Below, piece by piece: positions 1 to 9,388 of a DNA stretch of 64,000 nucleotides. Source of the stretch: Oligoflexales bacterium. Lineage in GTDB: Bacteria > Bdellovibrionota_B > Oligoflexia > Oligoflexales > RGVZ01. Position 1 is the stretch's first letter. The number at the start of each line of letters is the position of its first letter. A program made the position numbers and the translations under genes. The stretch covers positions 135,381 through 199,380 of the forward strand of contig CANLUT010000003.1 in NCBI GenBank assembly GCA_947494335.1, read 5' to 3'. The notes under the pieces are model-generated. The model was not told the DNA's origin and searched no databases. It saw only the letters and a program-made list of their open reading frames with translations.

Positions 1-360
1 ACCGATATCGTTGAGGCCGTAATGGGTGAGGTGCCCCAAGATAGCGGTGATTTAACTCAAAACTTCGTCCAGCGTGACGATGGCACGCTTTTGGTGGATG
101 GTATGGTTTCTTTGTTTGAACTTCAGGAGAAACTGCAAATCGACACCTCTGATGTTACCGACGTTGTTCAGACTTTGAGTGGTTTAATCATGCATCTTTT
201 GAAGAATATTCCTAAAGAGGGCCAGTCGGTGACCTATAAGGATTGGGTTTTTGAAGTCGTTGATATGGATGGTAATCGCATAGACAAGGTCCTGGCTGGC
301 AAAAAATCCACCCCGGAAGCTCATGTCGAAGGTCACGAGCATGAAGATACTCATAGCTGA
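1..360 (+). CDS. C-terminal fragment of a CorC/HlyC (TlyC-like) transporter-associated-domain protein; the 5' end lies outside the window
   Basis: Frame 1 is open from nt 1 to TGA 358-360. The tail '...RDDGTLLVDGMVSLFELQEKL...GQSVTYKDWVFEVVDMDGNRIDKVL' matches the CorC_HlyC C-terminal domain pattern of CBS-pair Mg/Co efflux or hemolysin-C-like proteins. Confidence 0.6.
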   Translation, partial: TDIVEAVMGEVPQDSGDLTQNFVQRDDGTLLVDGMVSLFELQEKLQIDTSDVTDVVQTLSGLIMHLLKNIPKEGQSVTYKDWVFEVVDMDGNRIDKVLAGKKSTPEAHVEGHEHEDTHS

Positions 361-1714
361 TGATGAGCGTTTGCAAAGGGAGACGTTGTCTGCGATTTTA
401 GCAGATCACGCTCATCGCACAGTCGTTGCAGCAAACGTCTCAGAAGCGATTCATGCTTTACAGTCGGAGAGCTTTGATCTCGTTTTGACTGATTTTAAGA
501 TGCCCGATGGCACAGGAATTGAAGTTGCAACAAAGGCCCGGCAGTTTTCTCCGGAGGCCGCCGTATTTATCATGACTGCCTATGCTGACGTTTCCAGTGT
601 GATTGATGCGATGCGAGTGGGGGTTGTCGACTATCTCCTAAAGCCTCTGAATGTTGAACATTTACTGAGGAAAATTCGGCTGGTTGATGAGCACAAATCA
701 CTCCTCTCAGAGGTTACTGATTTGCGATCCATTGTAAATCCGAAGGAAAAGACCATGCTCCTCGGGGACTCTGACGCAATGCGTGGTGTTCGTCATACAA
801 TCCAACAGGTCTCTCAGACGAAGGGCACTGTTCTCATAACTGGTGAGAGCGGAACGGGCAAAGAGGTTGCCGCGCGATTGATCCATGCCTTGAGTCACGA
901 ATCGGCGAGGCGTTTTGTTGCAGTTAATTGCGCCGCGATACCAGAAAACCTACTAGAGAGTGAGTTGTTTGGTCACAAGAAAGGTGCCTTTACCGGCGCC
1001 GTGGCAGACAAAGATGGTCTATTCAAAGCCGCAAACGGTGGCACGGTATTTTTGGACGAAATTGGCGAACTTCCGAAATCCATGCAGGCAAAATTACTTC
1101 GCGTCTTACAGGAGCGGGAGATCACGCCTGTTGGTGATACGCGGCCAATTAAGATTGATATTCGGCTTATTGCGGCAACGAACCGCGATCTAGGAGCTGA
1201 CGTCGTAGCAGGTATTTTTAGACAAGATCTTTATTACCGCATTAACGTTGTCCAAATAAGTATGCCTGCATTGCGCGATCATCCTGAGGATGTGCCTGTG
1301 TTGGCGCAGCATTTCATTGATAAATATGTCAAAGAATTTTCAAAAAGGCCGGTAAAGCTGAGTAACGCGGCGGCTCGACGCCTGATGGAGTATCGATGGC
1401 CGGGAAATATTCGCGAGCTCGAAAATATTGTTGAGCGCGCCATTATTCTTGGTGCATCTGACGGGTCCTTGGATGTGGAACACTTGCCAGAAAACTTCAG
1501 AACTATGGCGTCTGGTTTAATGGATGGGTCTGATTTGACGCAGTCTCCTGCCAACCTCGAAGCGGCTCTTGACTCCTTTACTAAGCGACACATCGAGAAA
1601 GTATTAGATGCTGTCAATCAAGATAAAAAAGAGGCGGCTAAACTACTGGGTCTGGGCCTAAGCAGTCTTTACCGCAAAATGGATGAGCTCAATATTGCTC
1701 GACGCTCTTCATAA
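341..1714 (+). CDS. Sigma-54-dependent response regulator (NtrC family: receiver + AAA+ + Fis-type HTH)
   Basis: Receiver domain ('MKILIADDE...DLVLTDFKMPDGTG'). AAA+ core with Walker A 'GESGTGKE', 'ELFGHKKGAFTGA' (GAFTGA loop) and 'FLDEIGEL'. C-terminal HTH 'AAKLLGLGLSSLYRKM'. The ORF track starts at ATG 323; ATG 341 gives the canonical MKILIADD N-terminus. Either start overlaps the end of the upstream gene. Confidence 0.9.
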   Translation: MKILIADDERLQRETLSAILADHAHRTVVAANVSEAIHALQSESFDLVLTDFKMPDGTGIEVATKARQFSPEAAVFIMTAYADVSSVIDAMRVGVVDYLLKPLNVEHLLRKIRLVDEHKSLLSEVTDLRSIVNPKEKTMLLGDSDAMRGVRHTIQQVSQTKGTVLITGESGTGKEVAARLIHALSHESARRFVAVNCAAIPENLLESELFGHKKGAFTGAVADKDGLFKAANGGTVFLDEIGELPKSMQAKLLRVLQEREITPVGDTRPIKIDIRLIAATNRDLGADVVAGIFRQDLYYRINVVQISMPALRDHPEDVPVLAQHFIDKYVKEFSKRPVKLSNAAARRLMEYRWPGNIRELENIVERAIILGASDGSLDVEHLPENFRTMASGLMDGSDLTQSPANLEAALDSFTKRHIEKVLDAVNQDKKEAAKLLGLGLSSLYRKMDELNIARRSS

Positions 1715-1725
1715 CAGGTTTTGCG

Positions 1726-3528
1726 ATGTTACGTTGGAAGCTTGCAAACAAATTAAGTGGCCGAATATTTTTAACTTTTGCCGTCGCGCTTATTCTTTTG
1801 TCAGTTTTGTTTGGCGTCTTCACGAGTTATTTTGGAGGACAGTTGGTCGTAAGATCATCTGCCAATGAGCTGCGTGTTCTTAGTGTGGTTTTGAGCGAGC
1901 TTATTCAAAATCAATTTGTGAATCTCGAGAGCAGTCTTGATGAAATCGTTGATCACGAGAAGCTGCTGCTTGAGATCGAGCTCGGATCCGTCAAGCAAAG
2001 CTGGCTGGAATCCTACTTGCGTCAGGAGGCTAATAATCATCCCCATCTTACAGATCTTATGATTTATGATTTGGATGGTAATTGCATCGGTGCAACTGAT
2101 ACTGATTGGTATAAGATTCGTGGTAAGTCCGAAAGTTTCTTTAAAGACGGTCTTGAAGGTTTTAACTTTCCGCCCATTTATGGGACTGAAAGTATGGGTC
2201 GTGTCCAGCTGGCTACGGCTCCCATTATCAGTGATGACAACGTAATCGGTGTGATTGTCGCCATTATCGAACTAAAAGATATTTATGCTTTGATGGACCA
2301 AAAGATTGGTCTTACGGAGACCACAGATGCATTTTTGCTCGACGAAGATTTGAGATTTATCACTGCCGGAAGATCTGAATACCGAGGACTGGTCGAAAGT
2401 CACTTGGTGTCGACAACTTTGGCATCCCATTTGAAAGATGAGTTCTGGGTAGGGGAGTACACTGGCTCCAATGGTCAGAAGGTACTCGGCACAGCTCTAA
2501 AAATTCCAGGCTATAGCTGGTACGTTGTTGTTGAGAAAAACTACGGGGACGTGGTCCGACAGCTAACCAGCCTTCAGCGAGCTGTATCGTTTGTCTCCAT
2601 TGGACTCATTCTTGTATTTTTGATCGCGTCATTGGCCCTGAGTCGCTCTATTACGAGACCACTTAACAATCTTGTTCAATCCGCGCGTCAGATTGCATCA
2701 GGAAAATACGATGTTCCGATCATTGCGGATAAAGATATTGAAGAAGTTTCCTTCATAGGAAGCGAATTGGAGCGCATGCGACGTCAGGTGGCCAGCTCTC
2801 AAGAGAGATTAAAGGAAAGACTCTCAAAAAGCGAGCAGCTACGCATTGAAAGTGAGCGCCTAGCTGCCATAGGAACCCTGGCGGCTAGTTTGGCTCACGA
2901 GATTCGAAACCCTTTGAACGCGATGTCATTGCTGTTATCGCGGCTGCAGTACAACCTGCAGGATGACACTCGTAAGACGATTATGGCGGATTTGTTTGGA
3001 GAAATTAGTCGGCTTGATCGTTTAGTTACCAGTATTTTGGATTACGCAAGACCCGTTCAACTTGAGCGGAAGGACGTTAACATCTCGGTTCTGCTTCGCT
3101 CAGTCGTAGATTTGTATCGTTCTCTTGCGGAATCAAAGGGAGTGTCACTGAGGGTCGGGGGCGCCGCATCTTTGCAGGCTAACGTGGATCCGGATAGGAT
3201 CAAACAATGTATCGTTAATCTGGTAACGAACTCACTCGATGCCACCGATGGCGGAGGTACGATAGATCTCGTTTGCCGAAAAGATGGCGATGACGTTGTC
3301 ATCGAAGTTTCTGATACCGGTCTTGGTATTCCCCCCGAAATTCAAAAAAAGCTTTTCACTCCTTTTTTCACGACAAAAGAAAATGGGACAGGACTTGGAT
3401 TATCAGCTGTTCATAAAATCATTGCTAGTCATGGCGGACGAATTGATGTCTTTAGTGATGCCAAGTCCGGAGCAGCTCTCGCCCCTGGTTTGGGTGCTAA
3501 ATTTGTCATGACGCTACCCGGCCACTAA
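1726..3528 (+). CDS. Membrane sensor histidine kinase (extracytoplasmic sensor region, HAMP-like linker, HisKA, HATPase_c)
   Basis: N-terminal TM segment, then a sensor region of about 250 aa. A second TM segment ('VSFVSIGLILVFLIASLAL') is followed by a HAMP-like linker. H-box 'SLAHEIRNPLN', N-box 'LVTNSLDAT', G-boxes 'DTGLGI' and 'GTGLGLS'. It lies 12 nt downstream of the NtrC-like gene. Confidence 0.9.
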   Translation: MLRWKLANKLSGRIFLTFAVALILLSVLFGVFTSYFGGQLVVRSSANELRVLSVVLSELIQNQFVNLESSLDEIVDHEKLLLEIELGSVKQSWLESYLRQEANNHPHLTDLMIYDLDGNCIGATDTDWYKIRGKSESFFKDGLEGFNFPPIYGTESMGRVQLATAPIISDDNVIGVIVAIIELKDIYALMDQKIGLTETTDAFLLDEDLRFITAGRSEYRGLVESHLVSTTLASHLKDEFWVGEYTGSNGQKVLGTALKIPGYSWYVVVEKNYGDVVRQLTSLQRAVSFVSIGLILVFLIASLALSRSITRPLNNLVQSARQIASGKYDVPIIADKDIEEVSFIGSELERMRRQVASSQERLKERLSKSEQLRIESERLAAIGTLAASLAHEIRNPLNAMSLLLSRLQYNLQDDTRKTIMADLFGEISRLDRLVTSILDYARPVQLERKDVNISVLLRSVVDLYRSLAESKGVSLRVGGAASLQANVDPDRIKQCIVNLVTNSLDATDGGGTIDLVCRKDGDDVVIEVSDTGLGIPPEIQKKLFTPFFTTKENGTGLGLSAVHKIIASHGGRIDVFSDAKSGAALAPGLGAKFVMTLPGH

Positions 3529-3658
3529 AATCCAAGATTTTCTCAATATCGGGAATTTTGAGGCGTCGGATTCCCAAAAGTTAGAAAATATCCTGCATAA
3601 AATTTAATCAAAGTTTGTGATATTGGTCAGTTGCCTTAGTGTGCTCTGCTAGAAAGCC

Positions 3659-3675
3659 TGGTCTAAATTATGCAT
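3659..3675 (+). promoter_or_regulatory. Weak candidate sigma-54 (-24/-12) promoter upstream of the small secreted-protein gene
   Basis: 'TGGtctaaattaTGCAT' has GG-N10-GC spacing (GG 3660-3661, GC 3672-3673), about 58 nt upstream of ATG 3731. Only the core GG/TGC and the flanking T match the TGGCACG-N4-TTGCW consensus. It is the only GG-N10-GC I found in this spacer. Confidence 0.25.
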
Positions 3676-3730
3676 GCATGTTGTTGCACATATAGGATGT
3701 GCGGTTAACCGTTTTAAATTGGAGTTTTTT

Positions 3731-3985
3731 ATGAAATTAGTTCGCGCAATCGTTGCTGTTTCTGCTCTTGCTGCTTCCGCTGCTTTCGCTAGCGAGAAAA
3801 AAGAAGGACATGGCACAACTCCTAACTGCGAAGTTAAGGGCAAAAAGACACACGTTAAGAACGAAGCTGCTTGCAAGAAGAAGAAAGGCACATGGCTAGA
3901 AGCTGCTGCTCCTGCTGCTGATGCTGCTGCTCCTGCTGCTGCTCCTGCTGAAGCTGCTCCAGCTGAAGCTGCTCCAGCTAAGTAA
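3731..3985 (+). CDS. Small secreted protein (84 aa): signal peptide, Lys/Cys-rich core, Ala-Pro-rich tail
   Basis: GGAG lies 6 nt upstream of ATG 3731. Signal peptide 'MKLVRAIVAVSALAASAAFA|SE'. Mature part 'KKEGHGTTPNCEVKGKKTHVKNEAACKKKKGTW' followed by 'AAAPAADAAAPAAAPAEAAPAEAAPAK'. A hairpin terminator follows. Confidence 0.6.
   Translation: MKLVRAIVAVSALAASAAFASEKKEGHGTTPNCEVKGKKTHVKNEAACKKKKGTWLEAAAPAADAAAPAAAPAEAAPAEAAPAK
3899..3982 (+). repeat. Imperfect tandem GCT/CCT/GAA codon repeat (Ala-Pro-Glu low-complexity region)
   Basis: 'gctgctgctcctgctgctgatgctgctgctcctgctgctgctcctgctgaagctgctccagctgaagctgctccagct' is read directly from the sequence. The unit 'gaagctgctccagct' occurs twice in tandem. 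Confidence 0.8.
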
Positions 3986-4024
3986 TTTACCGCTTCGTAA
4001 AGAAGCGAGTAGACTGCTGAAAAG

Positions 4025-4066
4025 CAAAAAAGGGTCATCCGGTAACGGATGGCCCTTTTCAGTTTT
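4025..4066. terminator. Bidirectional rho-independent terminator between the small gene (+) and the RND gene (-)
   Basis: Stem AGGGTCATCCG (4031-4041), loop GTAA, stem CGGATGGCCCT (4046-4056) with one G-U pair. An A-run precedes the 5' side and a T-run follows the 3' side. Confidence 0.75.
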
Positions 4067-4083
4067 GATAATTCGTGGCCTGC

Positions 4084-7000
4084 TTAGTCGTCAGATAGGA
4101 ATTGGCGTCCAAGTTTTGTCTTAGCCCACACCCTGAATCTATCAATATAGGAAAAGGCTGCAGGCACAACGACAAGACTGAGTAATGTGGACGATATGAC
4201 CCCACCGATCACCGCAATACCCATTGTCGTGCGCTGTTTGGACGCCTCGTTGAGTCCGTATGCAACGGGCAGCATCCCTGCAATCAATGCAACGGATGTC
4301 ATCAGAATGGGGCGAAGCCTCGTTTTTCCGGCCTCAATCATCGCCTGATTACGATCCATGCCTTCCTGTACTTTTTGCATCGCATAATCAACCAGCAGAA
4401 TTGAGTTCTTGGTGGCAATTCCAAGCAGGAGGATGCAGCCAATCATTGCGTTAAGATCAAGCGATGATCCCATAATTAAAAGAGCGAATAGCGCGCCACT
4501 GATCGCAAGTGGTAGCACGAGCATAATAGTGAACGGCGTCACAAATGATTCGTAGAGTGAAGCCAGTACAAAATAAATGAAGATTACGGATAAGATGACT
4601 GCAATGGTCATGTTTTGGATCAGTTCCACAAAGCTTTCTGCTTGACCAACAAATTGGTAGCGCATCCCAGGTCCAAGTTTGATCTCATTAGTGTCAAACA
4701 TAGTTTTAATGTCTGACATTGCTTTGCTGAGTCCCGGTCCATCAGGAGCCACGTCAGCAGCGATCTGGATGTAGCGACCGCGATCTTGACGGTTTATCGA
4801 TGCAGGTCCTGTCGTCTCTACAGCATTCGCAACATTAGAAAGCTTCACTGTCCGGAAGTTAATATTAGGGACATAGGTTTCGTTGAAGGCAGACTTTATG
4901 TCTCTTTGGTCGTCTTGTAAACGGACGCGGATATCGTATTCGCGACCGTCTTGACGGAATACAGCAGGTGTGGCCCCTTCAACCAAAGTTCTCAACTCAA
5001 ATCCGGCAACGTTCGGCGATACTCCAACCTTTTCTGCTGCCGCACGATCAATGACAAATTGAACCTCGGGTTTGCCTGGCCTGTAGTTTATATCAACATC
5101 TTTTAAAGCCGGATGGTCTTTGAGCTTTACAAGTGCTTGTTGCGCAACATCGGCAACCTCCTCTAGATCAGATCCGACAATATTTACGTTAAACGGACGA
5201 AATCCGCCTCCGACAGCATCGATATCCTTCACAACCGGATTGGCAAACGAAAACTCTTTCAAATCGTTACGGATCAGATCCTTGACAGCCGACGTGTTAA
5301 GCTTTCTTTGCTTTGATGGCACAAGGTGTACGTAGAATTCAGCGACGTTTGACTCGCCTTCAAGGTTACCGACAGTGAGCAGTGCAATTTCAATTTCTGG
5401 ATGTTTTCTAATCACATTGTCAACCTTGCGGGCGACTTCGTCCATTTTTGCTAAGCTCGTCCCTGGTGGTAGATCAAGAGCAACTGCAAATTCGCCGTTA
5501 TCTTGAGGCGGGAGGAATGTTTTTGGAATCCATTTCGCTGAAATAAGACTTCCGACAAAGAGGGCTAAAGCAGCGGCTAGGATCATGATTGGAGCGCGGA
5601 CGGTGTATTGTAACGTCTTCTCGTAGATGCGTTCGAGCCATTGTTGAAAGCGCTCGAATGCATTTAACATTTTACCTAAGGTCGCTCGGTATAGAGCATT
5701 TCCGGGCGCGTGTTCATGACTTCCGCCGAAGTAAGCAGACATCATTGGTGCAATAGTCAGAGCGTCGAAAAGAGAAATTGCCATGGCAAAACAAATGGTC
5801 AGCCCGAATTGTTTGAAAAATTGACCCACAAGTCCTTGAAGAAATCCGATTGGCCCGAAAACTGCGATCACGGTCATTGTTGTTGCGATAACTGCCAACG
5901 TTACCTCTTTGGTGCCATCTATCGCGGCATTGACGGCTGACTTACCCATCATACGGTGACGGAAGATGTTTTCCCGCACAACGATGGCGTCGTCCACCAG
6001 GAGTCCTACGGCCAGGCTTAAGGCGAGTAGAGACATAACGTTGATGGAAAAGCCTGCCCATGCCATGAGAATAAATGCGCCCATTAGTGAGTTGGGAAGG
6101 GCAAGACCAGTAATGACAGTTGAACGGGCACTGCCAAGAAAGAAGAATACGACAATAACTGTGAGCACGATGCCAATTAGAATTGATTCTTGGACATCCA
6201 TGACGTTGTTGTTGATCTGGACAGCGGTCTGACGCACTAGTTTTAGCTCCGGTTTTCCCTCGCTAGTGGCGAGCATTTCCCGGATCTTTGAGAGCTGCTT
6301 TTCAATGCCCTTTGTCACGGCAATTGTATTTGAGTCCGACTGCTTAAATATCCTAAGCATAAGAGTCGACTGACCATTGAGATAGGTTCGATTTGTTTCA
6401 TCAACGAGGGCATCATCAATAGTCGCTACTTTGTCAAGACTAACTGGTACGTCGTTTCCGATGAAGTTGATGACGACATTCTTGAGGTCATCCAGGGATT
6501 TAAACTCACCAATCGTTCGCAACGAGACTTCGGTTTCTCCACGTTCTTTCTTGCCAACAGGAATATTCTGCCCGCTTGATTCAATCCTTTGACTGATCAT
6601 GCTGGCTGTAAGTTCGTAGTCTTTTAGTTTCTTTCGATCGAGGTTCACGTGAATTTCTCGTTTACGACCGCCGGCAACATTGACGAGTCCAACTTGAGGC
6701 ACCTGCTCTAATTTTGGCCTAATCACTTCCTCAGCTAGGTCATAGAGCTTGGCCATGGGCAGATCGGCTTGCAGTGTAATGACTGCAATTGGCTGATCCG
6801 AGGGTGAAATACGCCGAATTGACGGCTCCTTAACGTCAGATGGTAGTTTTCTCTTTGCGGCAGATACTCGGTCTCGCACCTGTTGCTCTGCATATTTAAG
6901 GTCAACTTCAAGATTAAACTCAACGATAACGGCACTAACACCTTCCTTGCTAATGCTTCGGATGGTTTTGATACCAGCAATACCTGAAACTTCGTCCTCG

Positions 7001-7200
7001 ATTACCTTTGAGACATTTGTTTCGATTTCATTTGGCCCAGCGCCAGGATAGACAGTGGTTACGGTCATTATGGGAAAGTTAATGTCAGGAAAAAGATCAA
7101 CAGGGAGCTTTTTCATGGATAGCCAGCCCACAATCAGCATCAGCAAAATAACGCAGGTCAAAAATGTTGGCCGTTTGATTGAAATATTGGCTAAACTCAC
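4084..7200 (-). CDS. RND efflux transporter permease (AcrB/HAE1-type, 1038 aa)
   Basis: Typical N-terminus 'SIKRPTFLTCVILLMLIVGWLSMKKLPVDLFPDINFPIMTVTTVYPGAGP'. Length and the 12-TM, two-large-loop layout fit the family. The GTG start overlaps the upstream OMF stop codon (GTGA, 7197-7200). Confidence 0.95.
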   Translation of the reverse strand: MSLANISIKRPTFLTCVILLMLIVGWLSMKKLPVDLFPDINFPIMTVTTVYPGAGPNEIETNVSKVIEDEVSGIAGIKTIRSISKEGVSAVIVEFNLEVDLKYAEQQVRDRVSAAKRKLPSDVKEPSIRRISPSDQPIAVITLQADLPMAKLYDLAEEVIRPKLEQVPQVGLVNVAGGRKREIHVNLDRKKLKDYELTASMISQRIESSGQNIPVGKKERGETEVSLRTIGEFKSLDDLKNVVINFIGNDVPVSLDKVATIDDALVDETNRTYLNGQSTLMLRIFKQSDSNTIAVTKGIEKQLSKIREMLATSEGKPELKLVRQTAVQINNNVMDVQESILIGIVLTVIVVFFFLGSARSTVITGLALPNSLMGAFILMAWAGFSINVMSLLALSLAVGLLVDDAIVVRENIFRHRMMGKSAVNAAIDGTKEVTLAVIATTMTVIAVFGPIGFLQGLVGQFFKQFGLTICFAMAISLFDALTIAPMMSAYFGGSHEHAPGNALYRATLGKMLNAFERFQQWLERIYEKTLQYTVRAPIMILAAALALFVGSLISAKWIPKTFLPPQDNGEFAVALDLPPGTSLAKMDEVARKVDNVIRKHPEIEIALLTVGNLEGESNVAEFYVHLVPSKQRKLNTSAVKDLIRNDLKEFSFANPVVKDIDAVGGGFRPFNVNIVGSDLEEVADVAQQALVKLKDHPALKDVDINYRPGKPEVQFVIDRAAAEKVGVSPNVAGFELRTLVEGATPAVFRQDGREYDIRVRLQDDQRDIKSAFNETYVPNINFRTVKLSNVANAVETTGPASINRQDRGRYIQIAADVAPDGPGLSKAMSDIKTMFDTNEIKLGPGMRYQFVGQAESFVELIQNMTIAVILSVIFIYFVLASLYESFVTPFTIMLVLPLAISGALFALLIMGSSLDLNAMIGCILLLGIATKNSILLVDYAMQKVQEGMDRNQAMIEAGKTRLRPILMTSVALIAGMLPVAYGLNEASKQRTTMGIAVIGGVISSTLLSLVVVPAAFSYIDRFRVWAKTKLGRQFLSDD

Positions 7201-8621
7201 TGTTCACCTCCAAAGGTTTTCATCCGTGCGATAATCCCAAGGATTTCAGCCTTTGTTCGGATGACATTTAGCTGAGACGTTGCCAGATCGGATTCCGCTT
7301 GCATGACCTGAAACATGGTTGAGCGTCCTTTGCTCTGACGATCGCGCTCCGCCTCCAGTTTTCGCTTCTGCGTATCCTCAATTTTTTGACTGAGTGTTAG
7401 TCGAGCCTTGCTCTCTTTAAGTTTACTGTTGAGATCTTCCCACTCCCGATCGTTTTCAAATCGCCTTCGACTCGCCAAAAGGGAGGCTGCCTCTATATCC
7501 TTAGCATACCCGGCCTTCACATCGCTGGACGTGGATCCTCCAAGAGGCGCATTAATTTTTATTCCGACTGTGTAGGTATTGCGTTTGGCTTTCTTAGCCT
7601 CATTAAATGCTTCGCTATAATTATCTTTTCGCCCGTTCATTGTGCCGCTGGCAAATACGTCAACCGAGGGATCGTGCTTACCGTTGCCCAGATCGGCTGC
7701 AAGTGTTGCAAGAGCCTGCCCGGCGAGCGCAGCTTTCAGATCTTCTCGCTCTCCCGAGCGCTGTGGTATCGGAAGTTTTGCAATAATGTCCGGCGTAATT
7801 TTGCTAAGTTCCTCTTTGACCGAACCTGTTGGCAGTCCGCGGGTATTGTTAAACGCGTGTGACGCTGACCTCTCCTCGTCCAAGGCCATAGTTAATTCAA
7901 TTTCTCTTACCTCTCCCAAGGCCTGCGCTTGGATCAGGTCTGCACGGTCGGCTAGTTCGCTGCTTACTCGCCGACGATTCCAATCAGTAATTTTTTTTGC
8001 TCGGTCCAGATTTTCTCGGCATGTGCGTACGTTTTCTCTAGCGAGGACCAATCGCCAGTATGCACCTTCGGATTCCGCTAATGTAAATTTTCGCTTCAGC
8101 GATTCCGTCAGACGTGTCACGTTCGCCTGCTGCTCCTGGATTTGGATCCCCTTTGCTACTCCAAGTCCATTCGCGTTCCGCCAAAGTGGATGGGAGACTT
8201 CCAACGTTGGACCTCCCTCATACCACTCCGGTTCGGGAACAAACATAGGACCTGCGCCTTTGATCTTTGTGTGAGACGTTGAGTAGTAGAGTTTGGCAGC
8301 AGTGCCAAAGGAAGATAATTTGCTTACGCCCATCTGATACGAGGAATAATCCGTCTGTTCTCCGCGCATGGCGGCGGGAACCTGTTCTTTTTTATCGACG
8401 GCAGATTGTATCGTTGCAAACACATTGGTTGCATAAATCATCTCTGCGTCGGAGATCTTTCCAGCAGCTGCATCAGAGGACACAGAACTTGCCTTGTACC
8501 CGTCATGATTTTTTTTGACCTGTTCCAGAAACTCTTCGAGCGACAGAGGCGCTGCCTCGCTTGTTGCACTCAGTGCAACTAGGGTAATTGTTATTGCTGC
8601 AAGGTTAAATCGTCTAGTCAT
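7197..8621 (-). CDS. TolC-like outer-membrane efflux protein (OEP family)
   Basis: Signal peptide 'MTRRFNLAAITITLVALSATSEA|A'. A 474-aa protein with two coiled-coil/beta repeats typical of outer membrane factors (for example 'AESEGAYWRLVLARENV...NLDRAKK' and 'SQKIEDTQKRKLEAERDR...QAESDLATSQLN'). Confidence 0.8.
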   Translation of the reverse strand: MTRRFNLAAITITLVALSATSEAAPLSLEEFLEQVKKNHDGYKASSVSSDAAAGKISDAEMIYATNVFATIQSAVDKKEQVPAAMRGEQTDYSSYQMGVSKLSSFGTAAKLYYSTSHTKIKGAGPMFVPEPEWYEGGPTLEVSHPLWRNANGLGVAKGIQIQEQQANVTRLTESLKRKFTLAESEGAYWRLVLARENVRTCRENLDRAKKITDWNRRRVSSELADRADLIQAQALGEVREIELTMALDEERSASHAFNNTRGLPTGSVKEELSKITPDIIAKLPIPQRSGEREDLKAALAGQALATLAADLGNGKHDPSVDVFASGTMNGRKDNYSEAFNEAKKAKRNTYTVGIKINAPLGGSTSSDVKAGYAKDIEAASLLASRRRFENDREWEDLNSKLKESKARLTLSQKIEDTQKRKLEAERDRQSKGRSTMFQVMQAESDLATSQLNVIRTKAEILGIIARMKTFGGEQ

Positions 8622-8650
8622 GTCCCCACCAATATTCCTTAATAAAAATT

Positions 8651-9331
8651 TCAGTTTCGGGTCGTGAGTCCGAGAAGATGTGATTTCACTATGTAATTTC
8701 GAGAAAGACTGCGAACGTCTGGATTGCTGATAGTTTGATTAAAAATCTTTTCCCGGATTGAGTCGGAGCGCAGGGTGTGAATCACTGATCCCATCAACTG
8801 CATTGCCGAAAGGTTTGGTTGCGCCCAGTCTGCTATCAAATTGCATTTTCTGGCTGTCTCAAAAAACTTGCTCAGTAGTTCAAACATTTTCAAAAATGTT
8901 TCTTTAAAGATGTCCTCAACCAAATGAAACTCAGAGTTGAGATCGCGATAGAGGATGGCAAACATGTCGGGATTAGAGATGCCGTAAAGAAACATCTCGT
9001 CGACAAACATCTCCAGACGTATCCGGATCTCATCAATGGTTTCCGGTTCTTTGGAAAGAATACGCATGGCGACGCTCAGCTGGTCTGTACCGGCGCGTTC
9101 AAGACAAGCCTTGAAAAGGCCTTCTTTACCTCCGAAGTGATAGCTGACAAGGCTGACATTAACGCCAGCATCACGCGCAATATCATGGACGCTGGCTGCG
9201 AGGAATCCTCTTGCGCCGAAGTGTTTCAAAGCGGAATCTTGTAGTGCTGCGCGCGTCTCGGTGGCGCTTGGAGATTGTTTTGTGCTTGCCGAGCGGCGAC
9301 GTTTTTGGCTGCGTTCTTGGGATTGCGGCAT
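8651..9331 (-). CDS. TetR-family transcriptional regulator
   Basis: HTH region 'ALKHFGARGFLAASVHDIARDAGVNVSLVSYHFGGKEGLF'. The ORF track extends to 9382, but ATG 9331 (MPQSQERS...) has an AGGGA Shine-Dalgarno about 8 nt upstream and leaves room for the promoter/operator. Confidence 0.85.
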   Translation of the reverse strand: MPQSQERSQKRRRSASTKQSPSATETRAALQDSALKHFGARGFLAASVHDIARDAGVNVSLVSYHFGGKEGLFKACLERAGTDQLSVAMRILSKEPETIDEIRIRLEMFVDEMFLYGISNPDMFAILYRDLNSEFHLVEDIFKETFLKMFELLSKFFETARKCNLIADWAQPNLSAMQLMGSVIHTLRSDSIREKIFNQTISNPDVRSLSRNYIVKSHLLGLTTRN

Positions 9332-9388
9332 GGATATGTCCCTGGTGATCATCCTGTTCCATGATAGAAGGTCGGAACTCAAAAATCA

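Noticed and set aside
3649-4038. A minus-strand 129-aa Ala-rich ORF overlapping the small secreted-protein gene.
   Set aside because: It is a mirror artefact of the GCT/AGC repeat and runs through the terminator hairpin. The plus-strand gene has the Shine-Dalgarno, the signal peptide and the terminator.
7642-8274. A long (210-aa) plus-strand ORF antisense to the OMF gene. Similar antisense ORFs occur at 30529-31029 (in polA), 46733-47170 (in the MFS gene), 51642-52031 (in the lipoprotein gene) and 5966-6232 (in the RND gene).
   Set aside because: Each lies entirely inside a well-supported gene on the opposite strand. The translations are Ser/Arg/Ala/Pro-rich with no motifs, Shine-Dalgarno or signal features. 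This is typical of antisense frames of real genes.
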